Positions 57,960-64,000 of a stretch of DNA of 64,000 bases are shown one piece after another (position 1 is the stretch's first letter; every line of letters starts with the position of its first letter). Under the pieces are notes generated by a model. That model worked only from the letters and a program-made list of their open reading frames with translations, made no database searches and was not told the DNA's origin. The position numbers and the translations under genes are program-made. Where the stretch lies: the NCBI GenBank assembly GCA_001001485.1, contig LCKO01000003.1:223-64222 (forward strand). The letters are read 5' to 3'. Source of the stretch: Candidatus Collierbacteria bacterium GW2011_GWB2_45_17 (lineage in GTDB: Bacteria; Patescibacteriota; Microgenomatia; UBA1400; MFAQ01).

Positions 57960-58334
57960 TTAAATTTCGGCCGCCTCAGCTTCGGCTTTCGTTTTGTGTA
58001 TCGTGCCGTCCGGGTGATTAGCCGGGGAGTAGACGGTATAGAGCTTGAGGGAGTCGGTGGTTGAGGTGTTGATGATGTTGTGGTTGGTGCCTGCCGGAAC
58101 AATCAAAGCCTCACCGTTTCCCAGAACACTTTCCTCGCCGTTTAAAACAGATTTGCCATCTCCAGCCTCGAATCTAAAAAATTGATCCACATCGTGGTGG
58201 ACTTCCATGCCGATTTCTTCACCCGGCAGTAGGCTCATGAGAACAAGTTGGGAGTGGGGAGCTGTAAAAAGAACCTTTCTAAAGTTATCATTAGCTAGAG
58301 TTTCTGCCTCGATATTGGTATGAAAACCGATCAT
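57960..58334 (-). CDS. Cupin-domain protein
   Basis: ...GMEVHHDVDQFFRFEAGDGKSVLNGEE...LIVPAGTNHNIIN... is the two-motif cupin His pattern. Confidence 0.65.
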   Translation of the reverse strand: MIGFHTNIEAETLANDNFRKVLFTAPHSQLVLMSLLPGEEIGMEVHHDVDQFFRFEAGDGKSVLNGEESVLGNGEALIVPAGTNHNIINTSTTDSLKLYTVYSPANHPDGTIHKTKAEAEAAEI

Positions 58335-58384
58335 AAATTTTACAACTAGTAATACTTCATCTTACACCCGCTGGTATAATTCTT

Positions 58385-61315
58385 TTGAGCATGCCAAAAG
58401 AAAAACACCAAATTAAAGAGGTTGAGGCCACACCGGACTTTCCCGTCTTGGAAAAACAACTTTTGGATCACTGGTACCAGAGTGGCATAGTCGAAAAGTA
58501 TCTTCATCAAAACGATACCTCCACCAAAAAATTTGCCTTTCTTGATGGCCCAATCACCGCCAATAACCCCATGGGTGTACATCACGCCTGGGGTAGAACC
58601 TACAAAGATCTTTTTCAGAGATATAAAAACATGCGGGGCTTCCGGCAACGCTTCCAAAATGGCTTTGATTGCCAAGGTCTTTGGGTAGAAGTCGAGGTCG
58701 AAAAAGATCTCGGCTTCAAACTAAAAAAAGACATCGAGGTTTACGGTGTCGATAAATTCATCCAGAATTGTAAGGATCGGGTCGTCAAGTTCTCAGAGAT
58801 TCAAACCGAACAAAGCAAGCGTTTGGGTTACTTCATGGACTGGGATCACTCTTATTTCACCATGTCGGACGAGAACAATTACATGATTTGGCATTTTCTA
58901 AAGGTTTGTTGGGAAAAAAGCTGGATTTACAAGGGACACGACTCAGTTCCCTGGTGCCCTCGTTGCGAGACGGCTATCTCACAGCACGAAATGCTCACCG
59001 AAGATTACAAAGAGCTCACCCACAAATCAATTTACTTGGAGCTACCCATCGTGGGCCGTGACCGAGAGTTCCTCTTGGTCTGGACTACGACTCCTTGGAC
59101 TATTCCGGCCAACATTGCTGTCGCCGTGGACGAAAAGCTAGACTATTCTCTGGTCGAAGGCTTGACCGGAGATCATTTTTGGCTTCTCAAAGATTTGGTT
59201 GAAGCCGTTTTTAAGGGAGAGTTTAAAAAAATTGTCAAAACAGTCAAAGGCAAGGAACTGGTTGGTCTTCATTACACCGGTCCTTTTGATAATATATCCT
59301 CCGTCAAAAAAGTGGCTGAGGCAAACCCCGATAAATTCCACGTCATCATACCCACCGACAATCTCATTATGCCTATCAGTAATACCGAGGGTACCGGTCT
59401 GATTCACACGGCCGTTAGCGCCGGTACGGAAGACTTCGCCTTAGGTCTGAAGCATGGTCTCCCCATGATCCCCATTATCGCCGATAATGCCGACTATCTT
59501 CCCGGCCTAGATTATCTCTCCGGTCAAAATGCCAAAAAACATCCCGAAATTATTCTTGATTTTCTGAAAGAAAAAGACCAAGCTGGAGAGAGCTGGGTTT
59601 TTAAGATTGAGAACTTCACCCATCGCTATCCTGCCTGTTGGCGCTGTAAGACCGAATTGGTTTGGAAAGTAGCTGATGAATGGTACATCGCCATGGACAA
59701 GGTTGATCCGGCAGACGCCGGGAAGAGAACCCTTCGCCAAAAAATGATTGAAGTGGCTAAGAAAATTACCTGGAAACCAAACTTTGGTCTGGATCGTGAG
59801 CTTGACTGGCTCAACAACATGCACGACTGGCTCATTAGTAAGAAAAATCGATACTGGGGTTTGGCTTTGCCTATCTGGGTTTGTGATAAGTGTGGTGAAT
59901 TTATTGTGATTGGTAGTAAAGAGGAACTAAAAGAAAAAGCTGATTCCGGCTGGGACTCTTTCGAAGGTCACACCCCTCACAAGCCATTTATTGACGAAGT
60001 TAAAGTTGCTCACCAGTGTGGCGGTACTATGTCCAGAATTTTGGACGTTGGCAATCCTTGGCTGGATGCCGGTATTGTTTCTTTCTCCACACTAAGCTAC
60101 ACCTCGGACAAAAAATACTGGCAGGAATGGTTCCCGGCCGACTTCATTACCGAATCTTTTCCCGGTCAGTTCAAAAACTGGTTCTATTCACTTATTGCCA
60201 TGAGTACCGTTCTCGAAGACACCAATCCTTTTCAATCCGTCCTCGGCTTTGCATCCATGCAAGGAGAAGACGGTCGCCCCATGCACAAATCCTGGGGAAA
60301 TTCGATCGAATTTAACGAAGCAGCGGATAAGATCGGTGTCGATGTCATGCGTTGGGTCTTTACTCGCCACAATCCGGAAAGAAATCTTCTTTTTGGTTAC
60401 AAACTGACTGCCGAAACCAAACGTCAGTTCCACATGCTTCTTTGGAACTCCTATCGCTTTTTCGCCAACTACGCCTCCTTGGAGAACTGGGAGTCAAAAA
60501 TTGAGTTTGAAAAAGTTCCCACCAAACTCGATCTTTGGATCCTCCATCGACTCGATCAAGTTGCCCTTGAAGTATCTAATAATTTGGAAGGCTATGACTC
60601 CTTTTCCGCTTCGGCCCAAATTGAAAGTTTTGTCTCCGATCTATCCACTTGGTACATTCGTCGTTCTCGTGATCGGGTGGGTCCGAGTGCTCTGGATTCT
60701 GAGGATAAAGAGAACTGTTACCGCACTCTTCGAACGGTTTTCGATGTTTTGTCGCGTCTCTTGATGCCTTTTACCCCATTTTTAGCTGACCTGATTTACA
60801 CCAACGTTACCGGTGAAGAATCGGTCAATTTGGCCGACTGGCCGGAGGTAAATACTCCCGAAGTCATCGATACGCAATTAATTGAAAACATGGTTTTGAT
60901 TCGGAAAATATGTGAAATGGGACATGCCATCAGAAAAATAAGAAATATCGCTGTCAAGCAGCCCTTGGCCAAAGTCATTATTTCAGGACCAAAATCAGAC
61001 ATTACCGAAGATGCTGAACTGCTTCAATTAATTAAAGACGAGCTCAATGTGGAAGAAGTCAAATTTAAAGACGCCATCGAGCTGGTAGTAGATCTGGACG
61101 TAGAACTCACTCCCAAGCTAATTGGTAAAGGTAAAATTCGTGAGATTATTCGGTCTATTCAGGAGGCCAGGAAAGTGGCTGCTTGCCGAATGGATGAGTT
61201 TGTCTCCGTCGTTTTACCAGACTGGCCCATCGAGTATGAAAAAGAAATAAAGCAAAAAACTCTGGTAAAAAATATTGAAAAAGGTGAAAAAATAAAGATA
61301 ATTAGGCTTTCCTAA
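58385..61315 (+). CDS. ileS: Isoleucine--tRNA ligase (class I aaRS with CP1 editing domain and Zn-binding cysteines)
   Basis: ...GFDCQGLWVEVEVEK (compare IleRS GWDCHGLPIE.KVEK), WCPRCETAIS, DWLISKKNRYWGLALPIW (compare DWCISRQR.WG.PIPIW), KMSKS-like MHKSWGNSIEFNEAADKIGVDVMRW. The HIGH region is divergent (PMGVHHAWG). Confidence 0.7.
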   Translation: MSMPKEKHQIKEVEATPDFPVLEKQLLDHWYQSGIVEKYLHQNDTSTKKFAFLDGPITANNPMGVHHAWGRTYKDLFQRYKNMRGFRQRFQNGFDCQGLWVEVEVEKDLGFKLKKDIEVYGVDKFIQNCKDRVVKFSEIQTEQSKRLGYFMDWDHSYFTMSDENNYMIWHFLKVCWEKSWIYKGHDSVPWCPRCETAISQHEMLTEDYKELTHKSIYLELPIVGRDREFLLVWTTTPWTIPANIAVAVDEKLDYSLVEGLTGDHFWLLKDLVEAVFKGEFKKIVKTVKGKELVGLHYTGPFDNISSVKKVAEANPDKFHVIIPTDNLIMPISNTEGTGLIHTAVSAGTEDFALGLKHGLPMIPIIADNADYLPGLDYLSGQNAKKHPEIILDFLKEKDQAGESWVFKIENFTHRYPACWRCKTELVWKVADEWYIAMDKVDPADAGKRTLRQKMIEVAKKITWKPNFGLDRELDWLNNMHDWLISKKNRYWGLALPIWVCDKCGEFIVIGSKEELKEKADSGWDSFEGHTPHKPFIDEVKVAHQCGGTMSRILDVGNPWLDAGIVSFSTLSYTSDKKYWQEWFPADFITESFPGQFKNWFYSLIAMSTVLEDTNPFQSVLGFASMQGEDGRPMHKSWGNSIEFNEAADKIGVDVMRWVFTRHNPERNLLFGYKLTAETKRQFHMLLWNSYRFFANYASLENWESKIEFEKVPTKLDLWILHRLDQVALEVSNNLEGYDSFSASAQIESFVSDLSTWYIRRSRDRVGPSALDSEDKENCYRTLRTVFDVLSRLLMPFTPFLADLIYTNVTGEESVNLADWPEVNTPEVIDTQLIENMVLIRKICEMGHAIRKIRNIAVKQPLAKVIISGPKSDITEDAELLQLIKDELNVEEVKFKDAIELVVDLDVELTPKLIGKGKIREIIRSIQEARKVAACRMDEFVSVVLPDWPIEYEKEIKQKTLVKNIEKGEKIKIIRLS

Positions 61316-62370
61316 TGCGTCAAGGAAAAGGTCTTCTAATTTCTGCTTTGATCCTAATACAGGTTTTAAGTCTGGTTACTATTTGGAGTACTTTTCCGGA
61401 ACTCTTTCTAACCCAGCTATTGTTTGTTATCGTCGGAGCCATCATCATCCTTTTGCTTTCAAAAGCCGATCTTCATTTATTTTTCAGCCTTTCAACCATT
61501 TTTTACATTGTCAGTCTGATTTTGTTGGTCATCACCATGATAGTCGGTCGAAACATCAGAGGTTCGGTTCGCTGGATTGACTTGGGTATTTTTAACCTTC
61601 AATCATCAGAAATTGTCAAACCTCTTCTAGCCATCTTTTACTCTGTTTATTTATCAAAACTAAAAAAAATTGGTTGGAAAGAAATCTTGATTTACCTCTT
61701 TTTGGCTTTAATTCCGGTTGCCTTGATTGCAGCCCAGCCAGATCTCGGATCAGCTCTCACTCTGATCTTTTTGCCGGTTGCTCTCTTGGCTTTTTCTGGG
61801 CAGTTTAAAAAATTACTCATTTTAGGAGTTATTTCCGCCTCAATTATTATTCCCTTAGAGTCAAAAATTCTAAAACCATATCAACGTCAAAGATTGGTAA
61901 CTTTTATCAATCCGTATACGGATCCAAAAGGAGCCGGGTACAATGTCATCCAGGCCACCATTGCTGTCGGTTCGGGGAGGGTTCTAGGAAAAGGAGTCAA
62001 ACTGGGAACTCAATCGCACTTAAATTTCTTGCCCGAGCGTCACACGGACTTTATTTTTGCCTCTTTTGTTGAAGAATTCGGCCTGGTGGGGGCCTTGGTC
62101 TTACTCATCTCTTACGGAATAATCTTTGGTTACTGCTTAAAACTGATCAAACACCTCAAAGACAGAGCTTTTACCCTTCTGTCTTTATCAGTTTTCCTAT
62201 TGCTTCTTTTTCAGTTTGTCGTCAATATCGGCATGAACCTGGGAATTATGCCTGTCACAGGCATTACCTTACCCTTTTTTTCCTATGGTGGCAGCTCTCT
62301 TCTAAGTTTTGCGATTTTGATAGGTTGGCAGCTACGCCAGCTTGATTTAATTACTCCTTTTGAGATATAA
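61315..62370 (+). CDS. rodA: SEDS-family protein RodA-like
   Basis: QPDLGSALTLIF..., ...GITLPFFSYGGSSLL... SEDS blocks; a second SEDS paralog distinct from ftsW. Confidence 0.7.
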   Translation: MRQGKGLLISALILIQVLSLVTIWSTFPELFLTQLLFVIVGAIIILLLSKADLHLFFSLSTIFYIVSLILLVITMIVGRNIRGSVRWIDLGIFNLQSSEIVKPLLAIFYSVYLSKLKKIGWKEILIYLFLALIPVALIAAQPDLGSALTLIFLPVALLAFSGQFKKLLILGVISASIIIPLESKILKPYQRQRLVTFINPYTDPKGAGYNVIQATIAVGSGRVLGKGVKLGTQSHLNFLPERHTDFIFASFVEEFGLVGALVLLISYGIIFGYCLKLIKHLKDRAFTLLSLSVFLLLLFQFVVNIGMNLGIMPVTGITLPFFSYGGSSLLSFAILIGWQLRQLDLITPFEI

Positions 62371-62378
62371 TTGCGCCC

Positions 62379-62708
62379 ATGTCAGACAAAATCCTCTACG
62401 CCGTCATACAGCTTGGTGCCAAACAATATTTGATAAAAGAAGGCGACAAAATTGTGGCTGAAAAAATCGAACTTAAAGAAGGGGAGAATCTCACCGTCAA
62501 AGAGGTGCTTCTTGGTTACGATGGCGTCGAAACCATCATTGGTCAACCCTTTGTCAAAGATGCCTCGGTTGAGCTCATCAACGAAGGAGTCAAGAAAGGT
62601 GAAAAGATTCTCGTCGCCAAGTTCAAAGCCAAATCACGATACCGAAAAGTCATGGGCCATCGTCAGCTAGGCAGTCATTTCACCGTCAAGTCTATCAAAC
62701 TCTCATAA
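62379..62708 (+). CDS. rplU: 50S ribosomal protein L21
   Basis: MSDKILYAVIQLGAKQYLIKEGDKIVAEK ... KFKAKSRYRKVMGHRQLGSHFTVKSIKL matches the bL21 pattern (YAVI..GGKQY..., GHRQ). Confidence 0.85.
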   Translation: MSDKILYAVIQLGAKQYLIKEGDKIVAEKIELKEGENLTVKEVLLGYDGVETIIGQPFVKDASVELINEGVKKGEKILVAKFKAKSRYRKVMGHRQLGSHFTVKSIKLS

Positions 62709-62709
62709 T

Positions 62710-63765
62710 ATGCGTTTTTTACTTTTCGTCGGTGCCAGCAACACCCTGGCTGAGTCTGAGATAGAGACTCAAATTTCTGGAGCTATACCGCACCAGCCCA
62801 ACGTCTTCCTCCTCGAATCAAAATCCGTCCTTCTTGTTACCGAACTGGTTTCTCGTCTGGGTTGTAGTATAAAACTGGCTCGAGAGCTTGCCGGAGTCTC
62901 CCCGGAGCTTCAATCTATCGCCGATCTCATTCAAGTCAAAAACTTTTCCCTCACCAGCTTAGACGATTTTAAGTCATCTTCTATCCTCAATCAGGAGATC
63001 AAAAATATCAGAGAAAAAGGTCGTTTTATTCTTCCTAAAGATCAGTTTGGCTTGTCTCCGATTTTGATTAAAAAACATCGGATAGATGAATTTTTTATAG
63101 ACCAAAAAGCCGAAACGGTTTGGCAAACCGTCTGGGTTCATGATTTTGAACACTGGATAAAAAAGGATCGTCACCTACCTTTTGCCAACGCCAAAGCTGG
63201 AATCCTCCCACCTAAAATAGCGAGAAGCATGGTCAACTTGGTTCCCGTGGAGCCAAAGGGAAAACTGCTGCTTGATCCTTTTTGTGGCTCAGGCAGGGTT
63301 TTGGTCGAAGCTGCTGAGCTGGGATACACCATCGCCGGAACGGATATTATTCAGAAGCAAGTTGAGGAAACAAAGGCCAATTTGAGCTTTTTGGGCTTTG
63401 ATGCTCAGGTGGAAGTTCTCGACGCCACCCATCTTTCCAATAAATTTCATGATGTAGACGCGATCGTGACCGAGCCGTTCTTAGGCAAACCCAATCTGCG
63501 TCCGGATCAAATCAAGTACTTAGTGCCAGGCCTCGAAAAATTATATCTAGGCTGTTTAAAGGACTGGCTCAGGGTCTTAAACCCGGGTGGGTATATCGTA
63601 ATGGTTTTTCCCGTCTTTGATACCGGTAAACATATCTATAAGACAAGCAGTGTCATTGACGGGAAGTTGGAACTGAGTTACAATCTGCTCAAGCGTGATA
63701 TTCTATATTCACGACCGAATGCCGAGGTTAGACGCGAAATCGTCATCCTCCAAAAAAAACACTAA
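62710..63765 (+). CDS. Putative N6-A/N2-G-type RNA/DNA methyltransferase (UPF0020/Trm14-like catalytic domain)
   Basis: LLDPFCGSGRVLVEAAELG (motif I) and DAIVTEPFLGKP (a [DNS]PP[YF]-like motif IV variant, TEPF); N-terminal about 170-aa domain of unknown type. Confidence 0.5.
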   Translation: MRFLLFVGASNTLAESEIETQISGAIPHQPNVFLLESKSVLLVTELVSRLGCSIKLARELAGVSPELQSIADLIQVKNFSLTSLDDFKSSSILNQEIKNIREKGRFILPKDQFGLSPILIKKHRIDEFFIDQKAETVWQTVWVHDFEHWIKKDRHLPFANAKAGILPPKIARSMVNLVPVEPKGKLLLDPFCGSGRVLVEAAELGYTIAGTDIIQKQVEETKANLSFLGFDAQVEVLDATHLSNKFHDVDAIVTEPFLGKPNLRPDQIKYLVPGLEKLYLGCLKDWLRVLNPGGYIVMVFPVFDTGKHIYKTSSVIDGKLELSYNLLKRDILYSRPNAEVRREIVILQKKH

Positions 63766-63781
63766 ATATACAATCTAAAAT

Positions 63782-64000
63782 ATGGCACACGTTAAATCAG
63801 GTGGAGCTACAAGACAACATTCTCAGCGAGCCGGCAAAAGACTCGGAGTCAAGCTATATGGCGGTCAGGCCATCAAAACAGGTCAGATTATCGTGAGACA
63901 GAGAGGTGCTCAGTTTCATGCCGGAGTGAACACTGAATTGGGTCGTGACTTTACCCTTTTTTCTTTAATTGAAGGTGTCGTTAAATATCGAAAGCTCGAA
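63782..64000 (+). CDS. rpmA: 50S ribosomal protein L27 (3' end beyond the window)
   Basis: [60 protein letters not shown] matches bL27; no N-terminal propeptide. Confidence 0.85.
   Translation, partial: MAHVKSGGATRQHSQRAGKRLGVKLYGGQAIKTGQIIVRQRGAQFHAGVNTELGRDFTLFSLIEGVVKYRKLE

Noticed and set aside
1-64000. CRISPR array, rRNA or tRNA genes
   Set aside because: No regularly spaced direct repeats with unique spacers were seen. Intergenic regions are too short and lack rRNA or tRNA signatures. The only recurrent repeats are the dispersed REP-like palindromes.

Overview
The window is a compact, operon-dense bacterial segment. Its gene content (many small proteins, a short RecO, a dcw cluster without mur ligases) suggests a CPR/Patescibacteria-type genome, but that is inference.

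The two ends look like core genome:
- Positions 1-13.9 kb and 19.8-42.3 kb hold an almost uninterrupted plus-strand cell-surface glycan biosynthesis locus. It includes a DegT aminotransferase, many GT2 and GT4 glycosyltransferases, four GT-C/GT39 (PMT/ArnT-like) membrane transferases, at least five SAM methyltransferases, an FkbM methyltransferase, an HprK-like kinase, Gmd plus a partner reductase, a flippase, an O-antigen-ligase-like protein, an acetyltransferase, a priming sugar-phosphate transferase and a DUF4012-like protein.
- Positions 44.4-54.5 kb hold a dcw cell-division cluster (mraZ-rsmH-ftsL-ftsI-dgkA-mraY-ftsW-murG-ftsQ-ftsA-ftsZ) with no mur ligases.
- The 3' end carries a Y-family polymerase, a cupin, ileS, rodA and rplU-(methyltransferase)-rpmA.

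The accessory content is as follows:
- A roughly 6 kb island (13.9-19.8 kb) splits the glycan locus. It carries a RhuM-family protein, an unknown 288-aa protein divergent from a DUF4143 AAA ATPase, a membrane-anchored thermonuclease with a truncated upstream duplicate, and an AbiEi/AbiEii pair.
- A family of GGCCTGGCC-core palindromic (REP/REPIN-like) elements sits at island junctions and elsewhere.
- An IS200-like REP-associated tyrosine transposase (RAYT) lies at 43.7-44.2 kb.
- A Fic protein with a degenerate catalytic motif is embedded in the glycan operon.
- A strongly signalled small-protein cassette sits at 55.2-56.0 kb.

No rRNA, tRNA or CRISPR array was found. All calls come from reading the sequence by eye; no searches were run.
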